A stretch of 64,000 nt of DNA, from assembly GCA_038253135.1 (NCBI GenBank), contig JBBSHJ010000002.1, positions 9,217 to 73,216 of the forward strand. The letters run 5' to 3'. Source of the DNA: Mycobacteriales bacterium (GTDB lineage: Bacteria > Actinomycetota > Actinomycetes > Mycobacteriales > QHCD01). The notes under the pieces were generated by a model. The model did not search any database. It was not told the origin of the DNA and saw only the letters and a program-made list of their open reading frames with translations. The position numbers and the translations under genes are program-made. Shown piece after piece: positions 47,881 through 57,486 of this stretch (positions are counted from its first letter, which is position 1; the number at the start of each line of letters is the position of its first letter).

Positions 47881-48884
47881 GCCGTCCCACAACGGTCCTT
47901 GCCATGCACCCCGAGCTGCCCGACCGCCTCTTCACGCCGGAATCGCGGGCGCGCCTTTCCGCGATCGCCGAGATCGACCAGAGCGTCGTCGTCACCGACG
48001 TGCACGCGCCGGAGTGGGCCGACGTGCTCGGCCCGGCCGAAGTGCTCTTGACCTGTTGGGGCGTCCGCCCGCTCGACCGGGAGGTGCTCGACCGGGCACC
48101 CGGACTGCGCGCCGTGGTGCACTCGGCCGGTTCGGTCAAGGGGTTCGTGACGCCCGAGCTGTGGGATCGGGGCATCGTGGTAAGTAGCTGCGCGGCCGCT
48201 AACGCGCTCCCGGTCGCGGAGTACACCCTCGCCATGATCCTGCTGGCCGGCAAGCGGGTCTTCGAGCAGTCGCACCGGTACGTCGCCCGCCGGGCACGGA
48301 CCGCGCCGGGCGAGATCTCCGGACCGCTCGGCAATTATGGCCGGCGGGTCGGTCTGATCGGGGCCTCGATGGTGGGCCGTCGGGTCGTCGAGCTGCTCCG
48401 GCCGTTCGATGTCGAGGTGTGGATGAGCGATCCGTTCCTGAGCGATGCCGAGGCGGCGGATCTCGGTGTGCGGCCGGTGTCGCTGGATCGGCTCGCCGCC
48501 GGGTGCGACATCGTCAGCGTGCACGCGCCGTCGCTGCCCTCGACCCGGCACCTGCTCGATCGGAGGGTGCTGGCCCTGCTCCCGGACCGGGCGACGCTGA
48601 TCAACACCGCCCGCGGCGCGCTGATCGACCACGACGCGTTGACCGAGGAGCTGGCGTCGGGGCGGATCGATGCCGTGATCGACACGTCCGATCCTGAGCC
48701 GTTGCCGGCCGGCTCGCCGCTCTACGACCTGCCGAACGTGCTGCTGACCCCGCACGTCGCCGGCACCCAGGGTCTGGAGACGCACCGGCTCGGGAAGTGG
48801 GCGATCGACGAGCTGCACCGCTACGCCGACGGCGAGGCGTTCCGCTTCCCCGTCACCGCCGACGATCTCGCCCGGTTGGCCTGA
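47877..48884 (+). CDS. D-isomer-specific 2-hydroxyacid dehydrogenase family protein
   Basis: GTGA overlap. NAD-binding VGLIGASMVGRRV. LINTARGALID..LLTPHVAG. Confidence 0.85.
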   Translation: MSRPTTVLAMHPELPDRLFTPESRARLSAIAEIDQSVVVTDVHAPEWADVLGPAEVLLTCWGVRPLDREVLDRAPGLRAVVHSAGSVKGFVTPELWDRGIVVSSCAAANALPVAEYTLAMILLAGKRVFEQSHRYVARRARTAPGEISGPLGNYGRRVGLIGASMVGRRVVELLRPFDVEVWMSDPFLSDAEAADLGVRPVSLDRLAAGCDIVSVHAPSLPSTRHLLDRRVLALLPDRATLINTARGALIDHDALTEELASGRIDAVIDTSDPEPLPAGSPLYDLPNVLLTPHVAGTQGLETHRLGKWAIDELHRYADGEAFRFPVTADDLARLA

Positions 48885-48890
48885 GCGGCG

Positions 48891-49436
48891 TTACGGGTGC
48901 AAGTCGAGCCGGTCGGCGAGGCGGGCCAGCGCCCGCTCCGCGGCAGCTCGTACGGCCGGCTCGGGATCGGTGAGCAGCCGGCGCACGACGTCCACGTGCT
49001 CGGTGTCGCCCACGATGCCCAGGGCGCGGGCGGCGGCCTGCCGGACCCGAGGCAGGTCGTGGCCGGCCAGGGCCGCGACACCCGGGCCCGCCTCGCCGAT
49101 CTCCCGTGCGGCGCTCACCTTGACGCACATCTCGGCCGGTCGCCAGTGCTCGTCCGTGAGGCCCGCAACGACGTCCGCGGCGCAGTCATCGGCCCAGACG
49201 TAGAGCAGCCCGCGGGCGCCCCAGCTCCGGGCCCAGTACGGCTTCCAGCGGCCTCCGTCGAGGACGGCACCGGCCGCGCCGATCAGCTCGAGCGTCTCGC
49301 GCTCGTCGGCCGGATCGGTGGCGCGCAGCAGCGCGGCACACCGGTGCGCGGTCTCGACCTCGCCGAAGTGGGCGGCCATGATCCGCCACGACTCGCGCGG
49401 TGAGAGGCCGTCCCGCAATTCCGGTAGCCGCTGCAT
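48891..49436 (-). CDS. HEAT-repeat protein
   Basis: Repeated ..VR.AAA.ALG.. helices (VRQAAARALGIVGD, PAVRAAAERALARL). Confidence 0.55.
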   Translation of the reverse strand: MQRLPELRDGLSPRESWRIMAAHFGEVETAHRCAALLRATDPADERETLELIGAAGAVLDGGRWKPYWARSWGARGLLYVWADDCAADVVAGLTDEHWRPAEMCVKVSAAREIGEAGPGVAALAGHDLPRVRQAAARALGIVGDTEHVDVVRRLLTDPEPAVRAAAERALARLADRLDLHP

Positions 49437-49504
49437 CCCGGCACGGTACGGCGGTCCGGCTCCAGAGGTCGAGCCGTAAGCGGTCTGCGCCGTACCGTTT
49501 GTGC

Positions 49505-51043
49505 ATGCAGCGGTACGACGCCATCGTGGTCGGCGGAGGCCACAACGGCCTCACGGCGGCGGCCTACCTGGCCTCGGCGGGCCGCTCGGTCCTCGTCCTC
49601 GAGGCGGCCGACCACACGGGCGGGGCGGCCGTCTCGGCGCCGGTCTTTACCGGCGTGGATGCGCGGCTGTCCCGCTACGCGTATCTGGTGTCGTTGCTGC
49701 CGCAGCGGATCGTCTCCGACCTCGGCCTGCGGATCTCCTTGCGGCGCCGGAGATTCTCGTCCTACACGCCGGTTCCCGGCTCCGCCACCGGCCTGCTGAT
49801 CGACAATGCTGACCCGGCTGCGACCGGTAGGTCGTTCGCGGCGGTGACCGGGTCGGACGCCGACTTCGCCGCGTGGCAACGGTTTTCTGCGATGACCGGT
49901 CGGCTCGCGGCGCGGATGTTTCCGACCATGCTGGATCCGTTGAAATCCCGCGACGAAATGCGCACGATCGTCGACGACCCGATCGCGTGGAACGGGCTGC
50001 TGGAGGAACCGATCGGGTCGAGCATTCGCACCACCTTCGCCGACGACACCGTGCGCGGCGTCGTGGCGACCGACGCCCTGATCGGCACCTTCACGTCGGT
50101 GGATGATCCCTCGCTGCTGGCCAATCGGTGCTTTCTCTACCACGTCATCGGCGGCGGCACCGGCGGGTGGGACGTGCCGGTCGGTGGCATGGGCGCTGTG
50201 ACGGACGCTCTTGCGGACGCCGCGCGAGCCGCCGGGGTACGCATCGAGACCGGTGCCGAAGTCGTGTCGATCGACCCCGACGGTGAGGTGCGGTGGATCG
50301 CCGGAGAGTCCGAGCAGCGCGCGGCTTTCGGCCACCTGCTCGGCGCGATCGCACCACAGATCCTGGACCGGCTGCTCGGCGATGCGCCGGCCGGGCCGCG
50401 CCCCGAAGGTGCCCAGCTCAAGGTCAACATGCTGCTGTCGCACCTTCCGCGGCTGGCCGATCCCTCGGTCGATCCGGCGGCCGCCTTCGGCGGGACGTTC
50501 CATGTCAATGAGGGGCTGTCCGCGCTGGAGGCATCGTACGCCGGGGCGGCACGCGGCGAGCCGCCCGCAGTACCGCCGTGCGAGAGCTATGGCCACTCGT
50601 TGACCGACCCGTCGATCCTCGGACCGGAGCTGGCGAGGTCCGGCGCGCACACCCTCACCCTCTTCGGGCTGCACCAGCCGGCGCGGCTGTTTGCCAAGGA
50701 CAATCCCGCCGCGCGGGCCGCGGCGCTCGCCGCGACGCTGGACTCGCTGGATGCCGTGCTCGGCGAGCCGATCCGGGACTGCCTGCTCACCGACGCGGAC
50801 GGCCGGCCGTGCCTGGAGGCGCGCACTCCGCTGGATCTGGAACGCGAGATCGGGCTACCCGGCGGGCACATCTTCCATCGCGATCTCTCCTGGCCGTTTG
50901 CCGAAGCCGATGCCGACATCGGGCGGTGGGGGGTCGAGACGGCGTACACCAACGTGCTCCTGGCCGGCGCCGGCGCCCGGCGCGGCGGCGGGGTGAGCGG
51001 GATTCCCGGTCACAACGCGGCGATGGCGGTCCTGCGGACCTGA
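49505..51043 (+). CDS. NAD(P)/FAD-dependent oxidoreductase (phytoene-desaturase/CrtI-like family)
   Basis: ATG 49505. Dinucleotide fold YDAIVVGGGHNGLTAAAYLA. Confidence 0.85.
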   Translation: MQRYDAIVVGGGHNGLTAAAYLASAGRSVLVLEAADHTGGAAVSAPVFTGVDARLSRYAYLVSLLPQRIVSDLGLRISLRRRRFSSYTPVPGSATGLLIDNADPAATGRSFAAVTGSDADFAAWQRFSAMTGRLAARMFPTMLDPLKSRDEMRTIVDDPIAWNGLLEEPIGSSIRTTFADDTVRGVVATDALIGTFTSVDDPSLLANRCFLYHVIGGGTGGWDVPVGGMGAVTDALADAARAAGVRIETGAEVVSIDPDGEVRWIAGESEQRAAFGHLLGAIAPQILDRLLGDAPAGPRPEGAQLKVNMLLSHLPRLADPSVDPAAAFGGTFHVNEGLSALEASYAGAARGEPPAVPPCESYGHSLTDPSILGPELARSGAHTLTLFGLHQPARLFAKDNPAARAAALAATLDSLDAVLGEPIRDCLLTDADGRPCLEARTPLDLEREIGLPGGHIFHRDLSWPFAEADADIGRWGVETAYTNVLLAGAGARRGGGVSGIPGHNAAMAVLRT

Positions 51044-51200
51044 TGCGGGGCCGCGCCGGTCCCGTCAAAGTCTCGATGGAAACCGTCTGCGCCCGCACCG
51101 CCCACCCAGCCGGTGACCGCGGTGCCGAAATGCGCGAGACCGGCCGGATCCTTGGTGTCCAGCGCGACCAGGGCGAAGCGAGCGATTCCCCTCAGCGACC

Positions 51201-51268
51201 TCCGAAACTCCTGGCACTCCGAAACTCCTGGCACTCCGAATCTCCTGGCACTCCGAATCTCCTGGCAC
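51201..51268. repeat. 17-bp tandem repeat x4 (TCCGAAWCTCCTGGCAC)
   Basis: Units at 51201-17, 51218-34, 51235-51 and 51252-68. The first two carry AAA and the last two AAT. Lies in a convergent spacer. Confidence 0.9.
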
Positions 51269-51289
51269 CTCCGAGCCCGCGGCCCTGAG

Positions 51290-51457
51290 CTACCTCCGTC
51301 GCCGGCCCTTGCTTGCGATGCCGCGCCCGCCGAGGACCATGGTCCCGAGGAAGAGCACGGCGGCGATGATCGTGAGCCAGATCAGGCCATGGACGACGGC
51401 ACCGATGATGCCGAGCGCGATCCAGACGATTATGAGAAACAATATGAAGGCGAGCAT
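51290..51457 (-). CDS. small hydrophobic membrane protein (two predicted TM helices, basic tail)
   Basis: MLAFILFLIIVWIALGIIGAVVHGLIWLTIIAAVLFLGTMVLGGRGIASKGRRRR. ATG 51457 after AGAGGA. Confidence 0.5.
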   Translation of the reverse strand: MLAFILFLIIVWIALGIIGAVVHGLIWLTIIAAVLFLGTMVLGGRGIASKGRRRR

Positions 51458-51726
51458 CTGCGGTCCTCTGTTCGGTCGAAGGGTCACTGTGGCCCGGCCC
51501 GCCCGAGGGCGTCAAGCCGTGTGCGTCGAGGCTCGCCCGCAGGGGGCGACGTCTCGAGCGTCGTCTGGGTTCTCGTTCGAGGACGGCAGCGTCGTTCGCG
51601 GTCCGGCCGCCCGCCCCGAGCTGGCCTATGAGGCCCGCGTCGGGGCTCGAGGATTCAGGTACGGCGAGGAAATGATCCTCGAGAGCGTTGCGCACTAATC
51701 CTGCCGCGATCTAGCCCACCCACGCA

Positions 51727-52161
51727 CTACTGCTGCTCGCGTCGCTTCATCTCCGCCTCGTAGACGTGCGGCAGCCCCGAGACGAGCCGGTCCCGCACCA
51801 CCCGCTCGACCGAGCGGAACACCGACCAATAGGAGTCGTCGTACGCCTCGACGATCTGAAATGTCCAATTCCCAGGTACGACGTCCCTGCCGACCAGCAC
51901 GTCGTCGATCTCGTCCGCGAGTGCCGCGTGCCCGGCATCGCGCAGGTCCTCAACGGCCTGCTGCAGCGTCAGGTCAGCGTGTCCCGAGAGCCGGTGAAAG
52001 GCATAGAGGTGCCCGCGCGCATTCTCCACGACCTCCAATGCCTCGGACAGCTTGCCGACGGCATCGATCGTCGCGTCGCCGGCACCGGTCGGTCGCTCAT
52101 GCTCGACCGGCCGGCTCGGGTGTTTGGCCGTTCCGAATTGCGCGCGAAGCTCACCATCCAT
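51727..52161 (-). CDS. conserved hypothetical protein
   Basis: 144-aa ORF with high GC3 and no motif recognised. Confidence 0.5.
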   Translation of the reverse strand: MDGELRAQFGTAKHPSRPVEHERPTGAGDATIDAVGKLSEALEVVENARGHLYAFHRLSGHADLTLQQAVEDLRDAGHAALADEIDDVLVGRDVVPGNWTFQIVEAYDDSYWSVFRSVERVVRDRLVSGLPHVYEAEMKRREQQ

Positions 52162-52212
52162 GCCCGAAGCGTATGCCGACGCGATGCGCTCCGGCGGCCA
52201 ACGGGACCTGGC

Positions 52213-53397
52213 TCAGCCGGCGAAAACCGTGGTGCGGAATGCGGTTGCCACCACGACGCGGCGGCCGACCCGGGATACGACCTTCGCGCCGGCACCGGAG
52301 AGCCCGCTCGAGCGGCCGCCGACGACCAAGTCGCCGGTGACGGCGCTGCGCAGGGTGCAGCCGTGCGCCGAGGGAATGAGCACCTCGTAGCCGTTGACCG
52401 AGGGCGGACCGGTGGCCGGAACGGCATAGGCCACCCGCAGGCCGGTGAGGTCGATGCCGACCACGCTGCTCCCGTCGTATCCGACCTGGGTGGTGTCGAC
52501 CGCCTCGGCGCGCGGCGAGGCGGCGCTCAGGACGTTGTGCAGGCGCTTGTCCTTCAGGGTGGCCCGCACCTTGCCGTTGGCGTCATAGATCACCGCGGCG
52601 GCCCGGCCATCGATCGTGGTCAGCAGCACCAGGCCGTTGGAGGTGCCGAAGACGTGCGTGTCGGTCCACGGCGTGTCGGTGGTCCAGCTCTTCTTGCCCG
52701 TCCACGAATCAAGCACGAGCGTCGAGGACTCGCCGCTCGTGCAGCTGTAGAGGATGACCGCGCCGACGTCGCCCGCCCCCACGTCATCGATGGTGCAGCC
52801 GGACTGGTTCCAGTGCCACGCCTCGCCGCCGGTCTCCTCGTAAAAGGCGCGCACCGTGTTCTTGTCGGCGAGCAGGAAGATGCTCGGCGCCGCGACCGTG
52901 AAGGTGAGCGGCCCCAGATCGGCGTTGAGAAACCATTTGCGGGCGCCGGTCGACGGATCGAACCCGGAAATGTCGCGGCAATCCGTGCCGTCGTGGTAGA
53001 CGGCCACGGCAGCCGTCGGCAGCACGATCCACGAGCACAGCGTGGTGTTGTCCCGCCGGTAGGTCCACCGCACCGTGCCGGTGCCCGGGTTGCGCGCGGA
53101 GATCGAGTGTTGGTCAGCGGTGAGCACAACACCGTCGGTGCTCACCGTGTCGCCGGCCGGGATCAGCCCTCGCTGGGACCACAGGGCGGCGAGCTTCTCC
53201 TGCGGCAGCAGGACCGACGGTGCCTCGGTCGCCGGCACCAGTCCGTTGGCCCTCGTCAGCCTGGCGTTGCTGGCGTCGCTGGTGGCGATCAGCAGCGCGC
53301 CGACACCGACGCCCACGACGACGAGCGCACCGAGCACGAGAAGGTAGCGCCGCCAGGCTCGCCCGGTCCCGGCGCCCGCCGACCTCGTGCGTGCCAC
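52213..53397 (-). CDS. membrane-anchored PQQ-like beta-propeller protein (Rv3212-like)
   Basis: N-terminal TM YLLVLGALVVVGVGVGALLI. Repeated G..RW/G..KW motifs. Sits directly downstream of rhlE, as Rv3212 does in mycobacteria. Confidence 0.6.
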   Translation of the reverse strand: MARTRSAGAGTGRAWRRYLLVLGALVVVGVGVGALLIATSDASNARLTRANGLVPATEAPSVLLPQEKLAALWSQRGLIPAGDTVSTDGVVLTADQHSISARNPGTGTVRWTYRRDNTTLCSWIVLPTAAVAVYHDGTDCRDISGFDPSTGARKWFLNADLGPLTFTVAAPSIFLLADKNTVRAFYEETGGEAWHWNQSGCTIDDVGAGDVGAVILYSCTSGESSTLVLDSWTGKKSWTTDTPWTDTHVFGTSNGLVLLTTIDGRAAAVIYDANGKVRATLKDKRLHNVLSAASPRAEAVDTTQVGYDGSSVVGIDLTGLRVAYAVPATGPPSVNGYEVLIPSAHGCTLRSAVTGDLVVGGRSSGLSGAGAKVVSRVGRRVVVATAFRTTVFAG

Positions 53398-53400
53398 CGG

Positions 53401-55035
53401 CTAATGTCCTCGCTCGCGGCCCGACGTGGAGGCGTCCGGGGTGCTCACCTGCACGCCGCGACGGGTACGCCGCCGGGGCGTGCCCGAGCGGGCCGCCCGC
53501 CGCGGTGCGTCCTCGGCCGGCCCGCTGGACGGCGTGGCGCGCTCGCCCTCGCGCGAGCCACGGCCGCGCCGCCCGGGTGTCCGGATGCGATCCCGGGCAG
53601 GTCCGCCGGTCCGCGCATCGCCGCCGTGCCGCCCGGTCTCGCCGAGGTCCTCGACCTTCTCGGCGTCGAGACCGGCTCGGGTGCGCTTGCTGCGCGGCAG
53701 CCGCCCGGTCGCGCCGGCGGGAATCCCGAGGTCGGCGTAGAGGTGGGGCGAGGTCGAATAGGTCTCCGCCGGATCGTCGAAATCGAGCCCGAGGGCGGCG
53801 TTGATCGCCTTCCAGCGCGGGATCTCGTCCCAGTCGATGAGCGCGACGGCGATGCCGGCGCCGCCGGCACGGCCGGTGCGGCCGATGCGGTGGACGTAGA
53901 TCTTCTCGTCCTCGGGGGTCTGGTAGTTGACCACGTGGGTCACACCGTCGATGTCGAGCCCGCGGGCCGCGACGTCGGTGGCGATGAGGACGTCAACCTT
54001 GCCCGAGCGGAAGGCCCGCAGCGCCTGCTCGCGGGCACCCTGGCCGAGGTCGCCGTGCACGGCGGCGGCCGCGAAGCCGCGATCCTCCAGGTCGTCGGCG
54101 ACCTTGGCGGCGGTCCGCTTGGTGCGGCAGAAGACCAGCGTCAGGCCGCGGTCCTTGGCCTGCAGCACGCGGGCCAGGATCTCGACCTTGTCCATGGCGT
54201 GGGCGCGGTAGACCAGCTGTCGGGTCTGCGGCACCGTGCTGCCCTCGTCGTTGCCGTGGGCGCGCACGTGCGTCGGCTGGCGCATGAACCGCCGTGCGAG
54301 GGCGACGATGGGTGCCGGCATGGTGGCCGAGAACAGCATGGTCTGGCGTTCGCCGGGGACCCGGGCCAGGATCCGCTCGATGTCCGGCAGGAAGCCCAGG
54401 TCGAGCATCTCATCGGCCTCGTCCAGCACCAGGACCGAGATCCGGTCCAGCCGCAGGTGGCCCTGCTGCAACAGGTCGAGCAGCCGGCCCGGCGTACCGA
54501 CGACCACGTCGACGCCGCGGCGGAGCGATTCGATCTGCGGCTCGTAGGCGCGGCCGCCGTAGATCGACAGGCAGCGCGCGCCCAGCCGCCGGCCGGCGGC
54601 CTCGACGTCGCGGGTGACCTGCACGCAGAGCTCGCGGGTCGGTACGACGACGAGCGACTGCGGATGCGCGCCCTTGGACCTGTCGGGGGTGATGCGCTGG
54701 AGCAGGGGTACGCCGAACCCGAGCGTCTTGCCGGTGCCGGTGCGCGCCTGGCCGATGAGGTCGCGGCCCGGCAGGGCGATCGGGAGCGTCAGCTCCTGGA
54801 TCGCGAAGGTGCGGGTGATGCCGACATCAGCGAGGGCGGCCACGATCTCGGGGTCGACCTCGAACTCGGAGAAGAGCGGCGCGGTCTGCTCGACCGGGGC
54901 CCGGGCGGCCAGGGGTTCGAACGTTTCGGGCCCGGTGGCCACATCGGTGCGGTGTTCGGTTTCGACGGCAGAGGTGACCTCGGCTGTCGTCGTGGTAGTC
55001 GTCGTGGGTGTAGTCGTGGTGGATGTTTCTGACAT
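53401..55035 (-). CDS. rhlE: DEAD-box ATP-dependent RNA helicase
   Basis: ATG 55035. Q-motif region, AQTGTGKT-like ARTGTGKT, DEADEMLD, SAT and HRIGRTGRAG. Basic C-terminal tail. Confidence 0.92.
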   Translation of the reverse strand: MSETSTTTTPTTTTTTTAEVTSAVETEHRTDVATGPETFEPLAARAPVEQTAPLFSEFEVDPEIVAALADVGITRTFAIQELTLPIALPGRDLIGQARTGTGKTLGFGVPLLQRITPDRSKGAHPQSLVVVPTRELCVQVTRDVEAAGRRLGARCLSIYGGRAYEPQIESLRRGVDVVVGTPGRLLDLLQQGHLRLDRISVLVLDEADEMLDLGFLPDIERILARVPGERQTMLFSATMPAPIVALARRFMRQPTHVRAHGNDEGSTVPQTRQLVYRAHAMDKVEILARVLQAKDRGLTLVFCRTKRTAAKVADDLEDRGFAAAAVHGDLGQGAREQALRAFRSGKVDVLIATDVAARGLDIDGVTHVVNYQTPEDEKIYVHRIGRTGRAGGAGIAVALIDWDEIPRWKAINAALGLDFDDPAETYSTSPHLYADLGIPAGATGRLPRSKRTRAGLDAEKVEDLGETGRHGGDARTGGPARDRIRTPGRRGRGSREGERATPSSGPAEDAPRRAARSGTPRRRTRRGVQVSTPDASTSGRERGH

Positions 55036-55251
55036 GGAGTTGAGAAGCCCTTCGTCACGGACGCGCCGACGGCCTCGGTCAGGAGCGCTGGCGTTCAGTA
55101 CCCGCCTCGGCCGATCCGGCCGGCGTCGGGACTGCGCACTCAGGTGGCGTCCGCGCACATAGTTGACGCGCAACCGCGTCACCCCCAGGGTACCGCGCTG
55201 CGGCCGCGGCGTGCGCGGCGTGCGCGGCGGCCGGGCGTATCGTTCGTCGCG

Positions 55252-56001
55252 ATGAGCGAGCAGCCGCCCCCTGAAACCGCCTGCGGCGGGTCCGAGCTGA
55301 GGCGATCAGGGTCGGTTACGGCGTCGCCCGACGAGCCGGAGGTCAGGGCCCGCCGGCCGTCCGATCCGCAGGCGGTCGTCGACCTGCTGGGGGTCCTTGC
55401 CTACGGGCAGCTCACCGCGTTCGACCGCCTCTCCAACGATGCCCGCTTCGCCCCCACCATCGAGACCAGGATCACCCTGGCGACGCTCGCCGCCGGCGAG
55501 GTCGAGCAGTTCCACCGGCTGCGCGCACACCTTTCGGGCATGGGCGTCGATCCCGGCGTGGCGATGGGACCGTTCATCCGGCCGATCGACGCCTATCACC
55601 AGTCGACCCGGCCCGGCACATGGTTGGAGAGCCTCGTCAAGGCCTACGTCGGAGACGGCATCGCCGCGGACTTCTACCGCGAGATCGCGGAGTATCTCGA
55701 TCCGGCGACCCGCGATCTGGTCCTGTCCGTGCTTGGGAATTCGGGGCCGGCCGACTTCGCGGTCCGCGAGGTCCGCGCGGCGATCAGCGCCGACGGCCGG
55801 GTCGCCTCACGGCTTTCGCTGTGGGCTCGGCGGTTGGTGGGGGAGGCGCTGTCCCAGGCGCAACGGGTCTCCGGGGAGCGGCCGGCGCTGACCGCACTCG
55901 TCGTCGGCGGGTCGGGCGATCCGGCCGCGGTGAGCGATGTGTTCCGGCGCCTGACCGATGGTCACACCGCACGGATGCGCACCATCGGCCTGTCCAGCTG
56001 A
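55252..56001 (+). CDS. ferritin-like fold protein (MiaE-like family)
   Basis: ATG 55252. LLGVLAYGQLTAFDRLSNDA..GEVEQFHRL helices. Conserved neighbour of rhlE in actinobacteria. Confidence 0.6.
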   Translation: MSEQPPPETACGGSELRRSGSVTASPDEPEVRARRPSDPQAVVDLLGVLAYGQLTAFDRLSNDARFAPTIETRITLATLAAGEVEQFHRLRAHLSGMGVDPGVAMGPFIRPIDAYHQSTRPGTWLESLVKAYVGDGIAADFYREIAEYLDPATRDLVLSVLGNSGPADFAVREVRAAISADGRVASRLSLWARRLVGEALSQAQRVSGERPALTALVVGGSGDPAAVSDVFRRLTDGHTARMRTIGLSS

Positions 56002-56031
56002 GGCGAGCGCCCACACAACATCTATAGCCGG

Positions 56032-57420
56032 CTAAGCAAGCGTCCGACTTCGTCCGCAAATCGAGGCTATGGCCAGCATGCCGGCTCCGAGCGCGATCAC
56101 CGCCGAGACCGCGGCCGCTCGCCTCAGCCCGCCCTGCGGGCCGAGGGACTCTAGCAGCGCGCCGTACGCCGCGACGCCGATCACCGAGCCGGTCTGGCGG
56201 GCGGCGGTGAGCACACCGCCGGCGATCCCCGCCCGGTTGTGTCCCAGGCCACTGAGCACGACGTCCGTCATGGCGGGTACGGCGACGCCCAGACCCGACC
56301 CCAGCCCGATCATCGGTCCGACCAGGGCGGCGTACGTCGTGTGCGCGCCGACGAGGAGCAACCCCAGGCCCGAGAGCATGCTCAGCCCCGCGCCGATGGC
56401 GAGCGTGCCGGCCGACCCGACCATCCGGCTCAATCGGGCCGATGCGGCGTTCGAGAACAGCACCGCCAGCATCGCCGGCCCGAACGCCAGGCCGGCCGTC
56501 AAGACCGAGTAACCGGCCGCCCTCTGCAGGTGGATGCTCAGCACGAAGATGAGGCCGAAGAACACGACGTTCGCCAGGACGCCGTACGCCGTCGCGACCG
56601 AAACCGCACGCGAGCGGAAGATCCCGAGCGGCAGCATGGCGTCCTCGCGCCGCGCCTCGGCCGCCACGAAGCCGGCGCCGGCGAGCCCGGCCAGTCCCAG
56701 CCCGACGATGACGCCCGGGGACCCGAAGCCCGCGACCCCGCCCTGGACCAGCGCCGCCGCGAGCAGGCCGAGGGCGGCGAGCGCCGTGACCTGGCCGCAC
56801 CAGTCGACCCGGCGGGCGACGGCGACCCGCATCGCCGGCACCGACCGGCGTACCAGCGCGGCCGCCACGACCCCGAGAGGCAGGTTGACGGCGAAGATCG
56901 CCCGCCAGCCGAACGCGGAGACCAGCACGCCGCCGGCCAGTGGCCCGGCGACGACGGCGGCGCTCGCGCTGGCCGCCCAGGTGCCGACGGCTCGGGACCG
57001 GGCGCCCGGCTCGGGGTAGGCGGCGCGCAACAGCGCGAGCGACGTCGGCGCGAGCGCGGCGGCGCCGATCCCTTGGAGTGCGCGGGCGGCGATCAGCACG
57101 CCGAGGAAGGGAGCGAGCGCGCAGGCCACCGAGGCGGCGACGAAAACGGCGAGCCCACCCTGGAACACGCGGGCCGCGCCGCACCGGTCGCCGAGCGCGC
57201 CGGCGGTCAGGAGCAGGGCGGCGAACGCGACGGTGTACGCGTTGACCACCCACTGCAGGCCCGCGATCCCCGTGTGCAGCGACCGGCCGATGTCCGTGGT
57301 CGCGACGTTGACGATGCTGACGTCGAGCTGCACCATCCCGAAGCCGAGCGCGGCCGTGACGAGCGTGCGTCGAGGGCCGCTGGTCGGCGAGCGGCGCACG
57401 GTGGGTAGCCGGGCGGTCAC
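56032..57420 (-). CDS. MFS transporter (DHA2/EmrB-like, about 14 TM)
   Basis: 462 aa. LDVSIVNVATTDIGRSL..LQWVVNAYTVAFAALLLTAGALGDRCG. Confidence 0.9.
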   Translation of the reverse strand: MTARLPTVRRSPTSGPRRTLVTAALGFGMVQLDVSIVNVATTDIGRSLHTGIAGLQWVVNAYTVAFAALLLTAGALGDRCGAARVFQGGLAVFVAASVACALAPFLGVLIAARALQGIGAAALAPTSLALLRAAYPEPGARSRAVGTWAASASAAVVAGPLAGGVLVSAFGWRAIFAVNLPLGVVAAALVRRSVPAMRVAVARRVDWCGQVTALAALGLLAAALVQGGVAGFGSPGVIVGLGLAGLAGAGFVAAEARREDAMLPLGIFRSRAVSVATAYGVLANVVFFGLIFVLSIHLQRAAGYSVLTAGLAFGPAMLAVLFSNAASARLSRMVGSAGTLAIGAGLSMLSGLGLLLVGAHTTYAALVGPMIGLGSGLGVAVPAMTDVVLSGLGHNRAGIAGGVLTAARQTGSVIGVAAYGALLESLGPQGGLRRAAAVSAVIALGAGMLAIASICGRSRTLA

Positions 57421-57486
57421 GGAGATCGACGGTAGGTCCGAAACGCTTCGAGACCCGTCGAAGCGTCACCGACCTACGCTGGCGCC

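Noticed and set aside
51766-55032. 1088-aa ORF on the plus strand covering the hypothetical, beta-propeller and rhlE genes
   Set aside because: A mirror-frame artefact. It is Arg/Gly/Pro/Ala-rich low complexity and overlaps three well-supported minus-strand genes.
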